Part shown: in pieces, positions 1 to 11,867 of the stretch
Layout: each line of letters starts with the position of its first letter
Numbering within the stretch: the stretch's first letter is position 1
NCBI GenBank assembly: GCA_964600785.1
Contig: CAZRKH010000082.1
Span: 8,858 to 72,857 of the forward strand
Length of the DNA stretch: 64,000 bases
Source: an uncultured Chitinophagaceae bacterium
GTDB taxonomy: Bacteria; Planctomycetota; Planctomycetia; Pirellulales; UBA1268
Reading direction: 5' to 3'
Position numbers and translations under genes: made by a program
The notes under the pieces: generated by a model
Database searches by the model: none
What the model saw: only the letters and a program-made list of their open reading frames with translations
What the model was told of the DNA's origin: nothing

Positions 1-1
1 G

Positions 2-577
2 ATTCCCGCGGCCGGCCTCTCGGGGCCCGATCTGCCTTTCATCCAGCCGGCGTCCTGGGCGGTCTGCTGGCTGTTTGCCTGGCATGTCGCCATGGTTGCG
101 GTGCTCATGGCATGGTCGTTGTTTGCCCTCGACGGCTACCGTCCCCGAGTCGCCGGCATCGTGGTCCCGGTTGCCGTGGTGGTCGCGGCGGTGGCAGTTT
201 TTCCGCGGCTTGCTCCGCTTGGGATTGCGGCGGGAGTCGCGGTTGGGTGTGCCGAGACATGGCTTGAGCGGCTTGCCGGCCGGCTGGCCGGGAGAGATGC
301 CGCCCCGTCTTCCGCCAGCGGCTGGTACCGACCGGCGGCCATGGCCCTCGTCGGCGGGGTGGTCGGCTGGCAGGGTCTGCTGGGCGTGGCCGCGATTGAT
401 ATCGGCCTGCTCGGTCTGGCAAACCTGCTCGCTCTGGCGAGTCTGCTGCCGCGTGTCGCGCCGGCCCGCCAGCCGGGGTACCCACGGCCGTTTGCCCCCC
501 TCGCCGTGCCGGTTGCGGTGGTCGTTTTCCTGCTCGCGTGGCGGCCGCTGGCAGCCGTTGCCAGCCGGTTTTTCTGA
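2..577 (+). CDS. Membrane protein, 5'-truncated by the window edge; weak resemblance to a prepilin peptidase (A24) C-terminal half
   Basis: Frame is open from base 2 into ORF 92..577; several hydrophobic helices; PFAPLAV near the C-terminus recalls the PFGP motif of A24 peptidases. Confidence 0.4.
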   Translation: MPAAGLSGPDLPFIQPASWAVCWLFAWHVAMVAVLMAWSLFALDGYRPRVAGIVVPVAVVVAAVAVFPRLAPLGIAAGVAVGCAETWLERLAGRLAGRDAAPSSASGWYRPAAMALVGGVVGWQGLLGVAAIDIGLLGLANLLALASLLPRVAPARQPGYPRPFAPLAVPVAVVVFLLAWRPLAAVASRFF

Positions 578-686
578 GGCCAGCGGATGTCGCCTCATCG
601 TTTGCTCATTCGATCGGCCGGCTCCGAGGGTGTATTCTTGACTTCGGCAGGTGGGTGGTGTCGTTGCCGTGCCCCTGTCCGGCCCC

Positions 687-1760
687 ATGACGATTCATGA
701 TGAGGTTCCAGCCGTGCCATCGCCGACCCAACCACGTTCTGGCTCCCCCCGTGGCGTGTCGCAGGCCCCTGCCGACCCGCGCAAAACTCGCAATGGCGAT
801 GAGCAAGACCTGGGGCTGATGGATGGCTTCCGCAAGCGTTTCGCCGCCTTTGCCGGCGACCTCAGGCAGTCGGACGAACTGTTCTCCTGGATCACGATCG
901 CGGGCTTTACCGTGGCACTGATCTACAGCTATTGGCCGGGCCTGCTGAATGCCGCCTCGAGCTGGAACGATCCGCAGTATTCGCACGGCTGGATCGTGCC
1001 GCTGTTCACACTGGTCGTGCTCTTCTGGTGGCGGAAGCCGATCCAGCAGCCGGTGCCGATGTGGCAGCGGTTCGCCGGCCTGGGGCTGTTGCTGGCGAGC
1101 TTTGCGTTGCGGCTGGGAGTCGCCCAATACCGGATCGTGACGATCGACATGTACACCTTCGTGCCGGCTTTGGCCGGCGTGTTCCTGATGGTCGGCGGCC
1201 TGAGCATGATGCGATGGGCCTGGGCACCGATCGCCTTTTTGATCTTCATGTACCCGCTGCCCGACGAGGCGACCCGCTACCTGCTCGGCCCGCTGCAGAC
1301 GCTGGCCACGATCGTGAGCACCTACGCCCTGCAGACCCTCGGTCTCGACGCCTATCGCGAGGGCAACCAGATCGTGATCGGGGAGATGCACCTCGGCGTG
1401 GTCGATGCCTGCAGCGGCCTGCGGATGCTCACGATTTTTATCGCGCTTTCAGTGGCCCTGGTGATGCTCGGCCACAGCGAGTGGTGGGAAAATGCGGTGA
1501 TCATTGCCAGCGCCATTCCGATCGCGCTGTTGGTCAACTCGATCCGGATCACCGTCACGGGCCTGCTCTACCAGATCTCCAACTCCGAACTCGCCGAGAT
1601 GGTGTTCCACGATCTCGCGGGCTGGATCATGATGCCGATGGCCCTGGGACTGCTGTTTCTCGAGCAGCAGATTCTCGCCCACATTTTCATCGACGACGAC
1701 ATGGCGCCGGTCACCGTCGGGGCCGGGGGCGGGGCGGCGGCCATGGCCCGGCGGAGATGA
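687..1760 (+). CDS. Exosortase (EpsH/exosortase-archaeosortase family)
   Basis: YSHGW, catalytic CSGLR, NSIRI and FHD motifs; multiple TM helices; start uncertain (651/687). Confidence 0.9.
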   Translation: MTIHDEVPAVPSPTQPRSGSPRGVSQAPADPRKTRNGDEQDLGLMDGFRKRFAAFAGDLRQSDELFSWITIAGFTVALIYSYWPGLLNAASSWNDPQYSHGWIVPLFTLVVLFWWRKPIQQPVPMWQRFAGLGLLLASFALRLGVAQYRIVTIDMYTFVPALAGVFLMVGGLSMMRWAWAPIAFLIFMYPLPDEATRYLLGPLQTLATIVSTYALQTLGLDAYREGNQIVIGEMHLGVVDACSGLRMLTIFIALSVALVMLGHSEWWENAVIIASAIPIALLVNSIRITVTGLLYQISNSELAEMVFHDLAGWIMMPMALGLLFLEQQILAHIFIDDDMAPVTVGAGGGAAAMARRR

Positions 1761-2068
1761 GCAGGCCCCGGACAACCGCCATATCCGGCCAAAACTGTCC
1801 ATTGCGATCCGCCGCGATGCTCGGGATTCGTGGCCCGGGGCCGTGGAAGGTGCGAGAATGGAAGTGGAATCTCCGCACAAACAAAGTGTCCATCCGCCGC
1901 GTATGGAGGAAGGCGGCCGAAACCGCCGCCGCACGGGTGTTCCATGAAGGCAGGTTTCGTGGGTAACAAGGCAATTTGGAAACCGCCGGCGAGCCGTGAT
2001 AGTGGGAGCGTTGGACGCCCCGGGTCGCTGGCAGGCCGGCCCGTGAAGGATCCTCGAGGGGGCCGCGA

Positions 2069-4309
2069 ATGAGCGACTACGACGCCGCCACGGACGTTCG
2101 GCAGCCCCAGATAACTCCCGGTGCGTCGGTGGGTGGGCTGGTGGTCCGCGATCCGGCGAGCCTCGCCCCGATGCCGATCCAGCCTCAGGGCATGCCTTTC
2201 CCCGGCGGCGAGGATCCGCTTGGCGGCGGCATCGACTATCGCCGGGTGTTGCATGCCCTGCGGAGGACCTGGCTGCCTGCCCTCCTGCTGGGGGCTGTGC
2301 TCGGGTCGATGGCCGCAGTGGCGACCTGGATCTTCCTGCCTCGTGGCTACGAGGCGGTGGCCTGGCTGCGGGTCGGTGACAGGGCCGGCATGCTTTCGAC
2401 CGCGGGCCGCGACAACGCCGAATATGAGTCCTACCGCAAGACGCAGGTGCAGCTGATCGAAAGCCCCTTCGTGGTCATGTCGGCGCTGCGGAAACCGGGC
2501 ATCGCCTCACTGGACGCCCTCCGAGAAGAGGAAGATCCCGCCGGCTGGATCGAAAACGCCCTACAGGTCACCGCCCCGATGGAGTCGCAGGTGATTCAGG
2601 TGCGGCTCACCGCCGAGAAGCCGGAGGATGCGGCGATGCTCGTGAATGCGGTCACCGAGGCCTACCTCGATGACATTGTCGATAAAGACCGCCAGGATCG
2701 CCTCGCCCGCCGTTCGGTGCTGGAGAAGAAATACAAGGAAAACATGACGGAGATCCGCAAGCGGCGGGAGACCTTCAACAATCTCGCCCGCCAGCTTGGC
2801 ACCGTCGACAGCACCGAGGTGGCGACCCAGCGGAGCCTGCTGCTTGACCATCTCGGCTCCCTGCGGGCCCGCATGACGCGGTGGCAGCAGGAACTCTCCG
2901 AGATCGATGCCGAACTGGCGGTCATGGAGGCCCGTGAGCGTGGCGATATCACGGAGGACGAGAGCATCCCGGAGGAAATGGTGCAGGCGACGATTGCCCG
3001 CGACCCGCAGATGCTCGACATGCAGCAGCAGATCTCGGGGCTCGACCAGACGATCGCCTACCAGGCCCACATCAGCGCCCGCGGCGAGAACGATCCGGCC
3101 GTCAAGCGGCTGCGGCGGCAGCGGGATGAACTGGTGGAACGGATGGATCTTCGCCGAGCCGAACTGCGGCCGCAGATCGTGGCCCAGATGACGCTCGACA
3201 CCACCGGTCGCGGCGGTTCGCAGAAGTTCGAGAGCCCCGCGGTCCTGCAGATGCGTCGGCGGATGATCGCCACGAGCCTCGAGGGGACGTCGGAGGAGTT
3301 TGACAAGGTGGCTCGCGAGGTGGCTTTGCTCGGCCAGGCCAACGCCGATCTCGAGGCCCGCCGCAGCGAAATCGAGCAGCTCCAGATGGTCACCGAAAAG
3401 ATCGGTACCCAGCTGGAGAGCACGTCGATCGATCTCTCGATGCCCAATCGGGTGACGCTCATCGAGCAGGCGGGGGTTCCCGAGGGCAGCGACCGGACGT
3501 TTCGCATGATGCTCTCGGCCGCGGCCGGCCTCGGCGGGCTGGGCCTCGGTGTCGGCCTGATCGTGCTGATCGACTATTTGCGGAATCGGCTGAGCACGCC
3601 CGACGAGGTGCCGCAGCGGATCGGCGTGCGGGTGCTCGGCACGCTGCCGAGGGTCGGCAGGTCCCGCCGCCGGCAGGAGGGGCTTCTGGCGGAGTGCATC
3701 GACAGCATCCGCACGCTCGTCGTGCAAAGCGGCAGAGAGAGCCCCTCGGTGATCCTGGTGACCAGTGCCGTCGAGCAGGAAGGGAAGACCACAGTAGCCT
3801 CGCAACTGGCGGCAAGCCTCGCCCGCTCCGACAAGCGGACGCTTTTGCTCGACGGCGATCTGCGGCATCCCAACGTCCACCTGGCCCTGGGAATCGAGCT
3901 GGGCGTGGGCCTTTCCGAACTGCTCCGTGGGGAGATGACGATCGACGAGGCGATCCAGCCGACCAATGTCGAGGGCCTCTACGCGGTCACCGCCGGAGAG
4001 TGTGACTATGCCGCGGTGACGGCCCTCTCCCGGCCCGAACTGCCGACGCTCGTGAAGGGCTTTCGGGAGTCGTTCGACCATGTCGTGATCGATGCCGGCC
4101 CGGTGCTGGCCTTCGCCGATGCCCTGCTGTTCGGCCAGCAGAGTGATTTCGCCATCGTCACAGCCCTGCGGGATGTGAGCCGGGTGCCCAATGTGACCGC
4201 CGCGATCGACCGGCTGCGGTCGGTGGGTGTTCGCGTGCTCGGCACGGTCGTCAACGGCGTGGTCGATTCCCGTCCGCGGAGGCTCTACCTTTCGCCCCTG
4301 CCGAACTGA
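2069..4309 (+). CDS. Polysaccharide co-polymerase / tyrosine autokinase (Wzc/GumC-like)
   Basis: N-terminal TM, long coiled coil, second TM, then VTSAVEQEGKT Walker A, DGDLRHP and VIDAGP motifs. Confidence 0.9.
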   Translation: MSDYDAATDVRQPQITPGASVGGLVVRDPASLAPMPIQPQGMPFPGGEDPLGGGIDYRRVLHALRRTWLPALLLGAVLGSMAAVATWIFLPRGYEAVAWLRVGDRAGMLSTAGRDNAEYESYRKTQVQLIESPFVVMSALRKPGIASLDALREEEDPAGWIENALQVTAPMESQVIQVRLTAEKPEDAAMLVNAVTEAYLDDIVDKDRQDRLARRSVLEKKYKENMTEIRKRRETFNNLARQLGTVDSTEVATQRSLLLDHLGSLRARMTRWQQELSEIDAELAVMEARERGDITEDESIPEEMVQATIARDPQMLDMQQQISGLDQTIAYQAHISARGENDPAVKRLRRQRDELVERMDLRRAELRPQIVAQMTLDTTGRGGSQKFESPAVLQMRRRMIATSLEGTSEEFDKVAREVALLGQANADLEARRSEIEQLQMVTEKIGTQLESTSIDLSMPNRVTLIEQAGVPEGSDRTFRMMLSAAAGLGGLGLGVGLIVLIDYLRNRLSTPDEVPQRIGVRVLGTLPRVGRSRRRQEGLLAECIDSIRTLVVQSGRESPSVILVTSAVEQEGKTTVASQLAASLARSDKRTLLLDGDLRHPNVHLALGIELGVGLSELLRGEMTIDEAIQPTNVEGLYAVTAGECDYAAVTALSRPELPTLVKGFRESFDHVVIDAGPVLAFADALLFGQQSDFAIVTALRDVSRVPNVTAAIDRLRSVGVRVLGTVVNGVVDSRPRRLYLSPLPN

Positions 4310-4357
4310 TCGCCTCGGCGTCAGCGGTCCCTGTCGATCTTCTTTTCCCGTGAACCG

Positions 4358-4387
4358 TTCGTGTGACCTGCATTCGTGCGACCTGCA
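4358..4387. repeat. 15-bp direct repeat x2 (TTCGTGYGACCTGCA) upstream of the epsI-like gene
   Basis: ttcgtgtgacctgca ttcgtgcgacctgca read directly. Confidence 0.7.
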
Positions 4388-4408
4388 ACCGATGAGGAAT
4401 GACCGATC

Positions 4409-5140
4409 ATGAAATCACTCGGCTCGGGCCTGCTGCCGATTCTCCTTGGACTGCTGCTGGTGATCGCCGTGACCGCGGTGCAGGGCGTGCTCACCGACCG
4501 CTGGGATCCGGGCAACGTCGCGGAGGATCTGGCCCGGGCTGCGGCCGTTCTGGAAAAGAACTTTCCTGATGATTTTGGCGACTGGAAGCTTGCCCAGGAA
4601 CTCGAGGGTGACCCCAAGCAGCTCGAAAGGGCCGGCGCGGTGGGCCACATCTCGCGGGTCTACCGCAACACCCGTTCCGGTGCGACCGTCTCGGCCTTCG
4701 TCGTCTGTGCCACCCCTCACAATGCCTCCGGCCACACCCCCGACCGTTGCTATCCCGGGGCCGGCTTTCGGATCGCCGAGGCCGAGCACAGGCAGTCGGT
4801 GCCGCTGGTCGATGGACGCACGGCGGAAACCTTTACCGGCACCTTTGCCAAGCAGGGACAGACGCTCCGCGTCTATTGGACCTACGGCGTCGATGGCGAA
4901 TGGATCGCACCGCAGATCGCCCGGATCGAGCTGGCCGGGAAGCGGGCGGTCAACAAACTCTATGCCATCGTCGACGAGACGGGCATCCGCGACGGGCGGG
5001 CGCAGAAGCTCGGGATCAAGTTTCTCTCCGAGCTGCTGCCGGCCTTTGACGAACGGGTGACCCTCGCGGCAAGGGCGGAGGCGGCAGCCCAGCCTGCTTC
5101 GCCGACGGCGGTGGATGCCGCCACCAAGCCGGCGGGCTGA
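4409..5140 (+). CDS. Exosortase-associated EpsI-family protein
   Basis: N-terminal TM, FGDW, RVYRN and HTPDRCYPGAGF (H-x-P-x-x-C-Y-x-G-x-G) motifs; near the exosortase gene. Confidence 0.8.
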   Translation: MKSLGSGLLPILLGLLLVIAVTAVQGVLTDRWDPGNVAEDLARAAAVLEKNFPDDFGDWKLAQELEGDPKQLERAGAVGHISRVYRNTRSGATVSAFVVCATPHNASGHTPDRCYPGAGFRIAEAEHRQSVPLVDGRTAETFTGTFAKQGQTLRVYWTYGVDGEWIAPQIARIELAGKRAVNKLYAIVDETGIRDGRAQKLGIKFLSELLPAFDERVTLAARAEAAAQPASPTAVDAATKPAG

Positions 5141-5239
5141 GCGGCCGGTCAGCGGCGGCCGCCACGACCGACCCTTCTGCGGGCCGGGGGGAGCGGGTAT
5201 TGTGGCGGCCAGTTGGAGTGGGCCAAATGGAGCGTGTGA

Positions 5240-6364
<1,125 letters not shown>

Positions 6365-6406
6365 CTGACCCTCGACGCCCCACACCACCGGAGAACAACG
6401 CCCACC

Positions 6407-7363
<957 letters not shown>

Positions 7364-7393
7364 GCCGGCCGTCTGGAGGGGGCCTCGACGCGA

Positions 7394-7708
7394 TCAGACG
7401 CCGGCGGCCATCTTCTCGCCGGCCACCGTGGTGGCGGCCATCTCGCGGGTCTTGCCGTTGTGGGCCCGCCGGTAGAAGCCGATTTTTTCCAGCGAGCGGT
7501 AGACCTCCTCGAGTGTCTTCTCACCGAAGTTGGAGATCGAAAGCAGGTCGGCCCGGGTGCAGTTGAGCAGGTCGTGCACCGTGAAAATGCCCCGTTCCTC
7601 GAGGCAGTTGGTGGTGCGGACCGAGAGGCCGATCTCGGCGGTGCTCATCTCGAGTTTTTCGGCCATCTCGTCGGAGATTGTCAGGTTCTTATAGGGGATC
7701 CGGGGCAT
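7394..7708 (-). CDS. Stand-alone RNA polymerase alpha subunit C-terminal domain protein
   Basis: LSVRTTNCLEERGIFTVHDLL...LLSISNFGEKTLEEV matches the alpha-CTD; GGGAGGG RBS before ATG 7708; no alpha-NTD. Confidence 0.85.
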   Translation of the reverse strand: MPRIPYKNLTISDEMAEKLEMSTAEIGLSVRTTNCLEERGIFTVHDLLNCTRADLLSISNFGEKTLEEVYRSLEKIGFYRRAHNGKTREMAATTVAGEKMAAGV

Positions 7709-7950
7709 GGGGTCCCTCCCGTGCGTTGGTGTGTAATTGATCCTTTGGGTGCCGACTGACGATCCGGCACGACAACATGGCAAGGGAATATAATGCAGCG
7801 GTTCGAAATCCGACTACACCCGATTTGCCTTGTGGCCTTCGGTCCCGTCGACCATGTCGGCCCTCCGGCAGCTCACAGGGCCGTGTTCCGGGGCATGGTG
7901 TCGGAAAACGACGGGAAAACCGGTGCTATCAGGGAAGTGCTGGCGCGAGG

Positions 7951-10245
7951 ATGATGGCAGGAATTCCGGTGGACTACCTCGAGGGACTCAACGAAGCCCA
8001 GCGGCAGGCCGCCTCGCATGTCGAGGGCCCGCTGCTGGTGCTCGCCGGACCCGGCAGCGGCAAGACACGCGTCGTGACTCACCGCATCGCCCACATGATC
8101 GCACGTGGCGTGCGGCCTGAATCGATCGTGGCCCTGACTTTCACCAACAAGGCGGCCGATGAGATGCGGCAGCGGCTTGCCGCGCTGACGGGCCCCCAGC
8201 CGGTCGAGATGGGGACCTTCCACCGCTTCGCCGCGAGGCTGCTGCGACGCAATGCCCGGTATGTCGGGCTGACGAGCGACTACTCGATTCTCGATCCTGA
8301 CGACGCCGGCTCGATGCTCAAGCGGGCCGCCAAGCGAGCCGGGGTGCCGCTGGCCCGGATCCCGGTGGCCCGCCTGGCCGGGGTGATCAGCCGGGCCAAA
8401 AACGACCTGGTGACGCCGGAATCCTTCGAGCCCCGCTGGGGCAGGCCGGTCGACGAGGTGGCAGCCAAGGTCTGGCCCGTCTATGCCGCCATGATGGTCG
8501 AGGCCAACTCGGTCGATTTCGACGATCTTCTGGTGCATCTCGCGAGGATGCTCCTCGAGCAGCCGCAGCTGCGCGGCACGCTCGATCTCCGCCATCGTTT
8601 CATTCTGGTCGACGAATACCAGGACACCAACGCCGCCCAATACTGCATCCTCCGCGGGCTCTCGATCGACCACCCCAACCTCGCGGTGACCGGTGATCCC
8701 GACCAGGCGATCTATGGCTGGCGGGGTGCGAGCATCCGCAACATCCTGGAGTTCGAGCGAGACTACCCCGATGCGACCGTCGTCACGCTCGAGCAGAACT
8801 ACCGCAGCACCGCCAACATTCTCGGCACCGCCGACCGGCTGATCGCCAACAACACCCGCCGCAAGCCGAAACGGCTGGTGACCGAATCGGATGCCGGCGC
8901 TGCGGTGCGGATCGTGCTCGATGAGAGCGGCCGCGAGGAGGCCGACCGGATCGCCGACGAGATCGCTGCGGCCGTGGCGACAGGTGGTCGTTCGCCCCGC
9001 GATTTCTGCATCCTCTTTCGCACCAATGCCCTCTCGCGTTCGGTCGAAGTGGCCCTCCGCAGCCGCGGGGTGCCCTACCAGCTGGTGCGGGGCCTGGAGT
9101 TCTTCAAGCGGCGGGAGATTCGCGACGTGGTCGCCTGGCTGCGGCTGCTGCACAACCCCCGGGACGACGAGGCCTTCCTGCGGGTGGTCAACGTCCCGCC
9201 GAGGGGAATCGGCAAGAAATCACTCGATGCACTCATCGCGGAGGCCGCCCGTCGGGGCCTGACGCTGCTGGAGGCCGCCGCCGAAGCCCGTTCACTGCCT
9301 GGCCTCTCGGCCCGGGCCGCGACCGCGGTTGTGGCGTTTGCCCGGCTGCATGCCGACCTCTCGATGGGAGCTTCGCGGGGTGTGGCAGAAACGGTGCGGG
9401 CGGTCCTCGATCGCAGCGGCTATCGGGCGATGCTCGAGGATGACGACGAGGAAGAGGGTGAGGATCGCCTGGCCAACGTTGAGGAACTCGTGACCGTGGC
9501 CGCTGAAATCGACGCGGAGTGCGGGGAGCAGCCGGGGCAGGGGGAGGCAATCGATCCTTTGGAGGCATTCCTCGAGCGGGTGTCGTTGGTGGGCGACACC
9601 GACCGCTGGGATGCCGCGGCTGAGCGGGTGTCGCTGATGACCTTTCATGCCGCCAAGGGGCTCGAGTTTCCGGAGGTCTATCTGGTGGCGATGGAGGACG
9701 GCATTCTGCCCCACGAGCGGAGCCTGGATCATCCCGAGCAGCTCGAGGAAGAGCGGCGGCTGGTGTTTGTCGGCATCACCCGGGCCCGCGAGGCGGTGCA
9801 TGCCAGTTGCGGTCGGGAACGCGACTACCGCGGCAGTCGCCGCGTGTCGGCCCCGAGCCTGTTTCTGGCGGAGATGTCAGGGGTGGAGACGGAACTCAGC
9901 GGCAGTGAGGCCCCGCATGGCGGCTTGGACGGCGATCCCTGGGCCGATGAGGCCTGCCAACTCCCCGAGGAGGAGCTGCGGCCGGCCCCCCGGCCCGCGC
10001 GGGCCCGCGTCGAGCGTGAGCAGCGGTCGGTGGCCGGCTTTGCCGAGAAACTCGCCGCCCTCGCCAAGCCGGTGGCTGCGGTCGAGCCCGGGCAGCGGGT
10101 CCGCCATGCGGAATACGGCGAGGGAACGGTCGAGCGGGTCGGCGGCACCGGCCCGAGGATGGTCGGCACCGTCCGCTTCGACGGCCCGGCCGGGCGGCGC
10201 ACGTTTATCCTCGCCCATGCCACGCTGGAAGCCCTCGACAGCTGA
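7951..10245 (+). CDS. uvrD: UvrD/PcrA superfamily 1 DNA helicase
   Basis: LAGPGSGKT, TFTNKAA, VDEYQD, GDPDQAIYGWRG, TFHAAKGLEF, EEERRL; C-terminal Tudor-like VRHAEYGEG. Confidence 0.95.
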   Translation: MMAGIPVDYLEGLNEAQRQAASHVEGPLLVLAGPGSGKTRVVTHRIAHMIARGVRPESIVALTFTNKAADEMRQRLAALTGPQPVEMGTFHRFAARLLRRNARYVGLTSDYSILDPDDAGSMLKRAAKRAGVPLARIPVARLAGVISRAKNDLVTPESFEPRWGRPVDEVAAKVWPVYAAMMVEANSVDFDDLLVHLARMLLEQPQLRGTLDLRHRFILVDEYQDTNAAQYCILRGLSIDHPNLAVTGDPDQAIYGWRGASIRNILEFERDYPDATVVTLEQNYRSTANILGTADRLIANNTRRKPKRLVTESDAGAAVRIVLDESGREEADRIADEIAAAVATGGRSPRDFCILFRTNALSRSVEVALRSRGVPYQLVRGLEFFKRREIRDVVAWLRLLHNPRDDEAFLRVVNVPPRGIGKKSLDALIAEAARRGLTLLEAAAEARSLPGLSARAATAVVAFARLHADLSMGASRGVAETVRAVLDRSGYRAMLEDDDEEEGEDRLANVEELVTVAAEIDAECGEQPGQGEAIDPLEAFLERVSLVGDTDRWDAAAERVSLMTFHAAKGLEFPEVYLVAMEDGILPHERSLDHPEQLEEERRLVFVGITRAREAVHASCGRERDYRGSRRVSAPSLFLAEMSGVETELSGSEAPHGGLDGDPWADEACQLPEEELRPAPRPARARVEREQRSVAGFAEKLAALAKPVAAVEPGQRVRHAEYGEGTVERVGGTGPRMVGTVRFDGPAGRRTFILAHATLEALDS

Positions 10246-10335
10246 AACTTGGCGAACAGTGGGCGAACCTGCGAGGATACCGCGGGCGGCCGTCGGCAAC
10301 GGTCGCGGGTAGGCACGCCATCCGCCAGGCGACCC

Positions 10336-11424
10336 ATGGTCCGGTTTCCACGGTTCTTCGAGAAGAAGCGGGGCAATCGCCGCACCGGCTCCCATGTCTG
10401 GGGCAGCCTCGGCGAGGGCCTGTTCTTCGCGGCCCTGTTCACGGCGGGCATCGTGTTTGCGGTGATGCTCGTCGGCGATATCGCCTGGCAGGGCGACGGT
10501 GAGGAAACCCCCGGCATCTGGGCGTTACTTTTATCACTGGTGCTGCCCGGGGCCCTGTTGAGCATCGGTGGGGCGGGACTTGTCAGGGTGGCCCGCGGCT
10601 GGGGCAAGTCGGAGGAGCGGCGGGCCGCATCGGGCTCGCTGCCGGACGTCTTCGAGGTCGCCGCCGGTACCGAGCCGCAGGGCGACCGGCTGCCGACGGT
10701 GCCTTCCTGTGAAAATCTGGTCAACTCCCCCGGCACCATCCTGCGTTATCGGCTGCCGCTGGAGAGCCCGGAGAGTTGGACGGTCTTCGGATTCGGCCTC
10801 TTCGCGGTGCTCTGGAACGCCATCCTGGTGCTGCTGGCGGTGAGTGCAGGTGTCGATCTCTGGAGCGGCCGCACCGACTGGCTGCTCTTCGCGATCCTCG
10901 TTCCGTTCTCGGTCATCGGTGTGGCGGGCATCGTGCTCTTCGTTCGGGCTCTGGTTCTGCAGGCATCGGTCGGACCCACGCAGGTCGAGATCGCCGACCA
11001 CCCGCTGCGGCCCGGTAGTGACTACGAGGTTTTCGTGGGGCAGGGGGGCTCGGGGCTGTTTCACCGGATCACGCTCACCCTTGAACTCGAGGAGATGGCC
11101 ACCTTTCGCCAGGGCACCGACACCCGCACCGAGCGACGGCTGCTCGACTCGACGGTGATCCGCGAGTGGGCCGAGGTCGCGGTGGTGCCACCGCATCGCT
11201 TTGAGGCCACCGCCCGGGTGCGGGTGCCTGCCGCGGCGATGCACTCCTTCGAGTCACCGCACAACGCGGTCAGTTGGAGGCTCGGGGTGCGGGTCGAGCC
11301 GCGACGCTGGCCGGCCTTTGCCCGTCGCTTCCCGGTCGTGGTGCTCCCCGCGGAATCGCCGCGGGGCCGGCAGGGGGCAGTCGAGTCCGGCGGCAGCCGT
11401 TCGACGGTGGGGGTGGGGCGATGA
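10336..11424 (+). CDS. Hypothetical membrane protein (about 4 TM) with a C-terminal beta-sandwich domain
   Basis: Hydrophobic segments followed by a beta-rich tail (EEMATFRQGTDT...MHSFESPHNAVSWRLGVRV). Confidence 0.7.
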   Translation: MVRFPRFFEKKRGNRRTGSHVWGSLGEGLFFAALFTAGIVFAVMLVGDIAWQGDGEETPGIWALLLSLVLPGALLSIGGAGLVRVARGWGKSEERRAASGSLPDVFEVAAGTEPQGDRLPTVPSCENLVNSPGTILRYRLPLESPESWTVFGFGLFAVLWNAILVLLAVSAGVDLWSGRTDWLLFAILVPFSVIGVAGIVLFVRALVLQASVGPTQVEIADHPLRPGSDYEVFVGQGGSGLFHRITLTLELEEMATFRQGTDTRTERRLLDSTVIREWAEVAVVPPHRFEATARVRVPAAAMHSFESPHNAVSWRLGVRVEPRRWPAFARRFPVVVLPAESPRGRQGAVESGGSRSTVGVGR

Positions 11425-11867
11425 GCACACGAACCGGCAGGGCGGCGGAGCCGCGGATCGACCCGCGTGTGTCCGCCGTTTTCGACCGGCAGGGCCGCCG
11501 CTATCGGGCTGCGGACGAGGTGCGGCTGACCTACACGGTCGAGGGCACTGGCGACCTCGCTGTCACCGCGGTGGAGCGATCGGCCGTCTGGTACACCGAG
11601 GGTAAGGGAGAGGAGGACCTTGGCATCGTGCACTTCGAACGGGTCACCGACACGGCCGAGATGCCGCCGCAGCAACTGACCGGGCGGTTCGGGTTTCGTC
11701 TGCCGCCGAGTCCTCTCAGCTACGAGGGCGTGATCGTCAAGATTCGCTGGTGCGTGAGGGTCCGGCTCTTCTTCGCCGGAGGCCGTGACTTTGTCTCCGA
11801 ACATCTCTTCGAGGTCGGCGAGATTCCGCCCGCGATCTATGTCGCGGGCGAGGGGGCGGTGGCGTGA
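11421..11867 (+). CDS. Hypothetical protein, arrestin/Spo0M-like beta-sandwich candidate
   Basis: ATGA overlap with the upstream gene; WYTEGKG, FRLPPSPLSYEGVIVKIRWCVRVRL. Confidence 0.7.
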   Translation: MSTRTGRAAEPRIDPRVSAVFDRQGRRYRAADEVRLTYTVEGTGDLAVTAVERSAVWYTEGKGEEDLGIVHFERVTDTAEMPPQQLTGRFGFRLPPSPLSYEGVIVKIRWCVRVRLFFAGGRDFVSEHLFEVGEIPPAIYVAGEGAVA

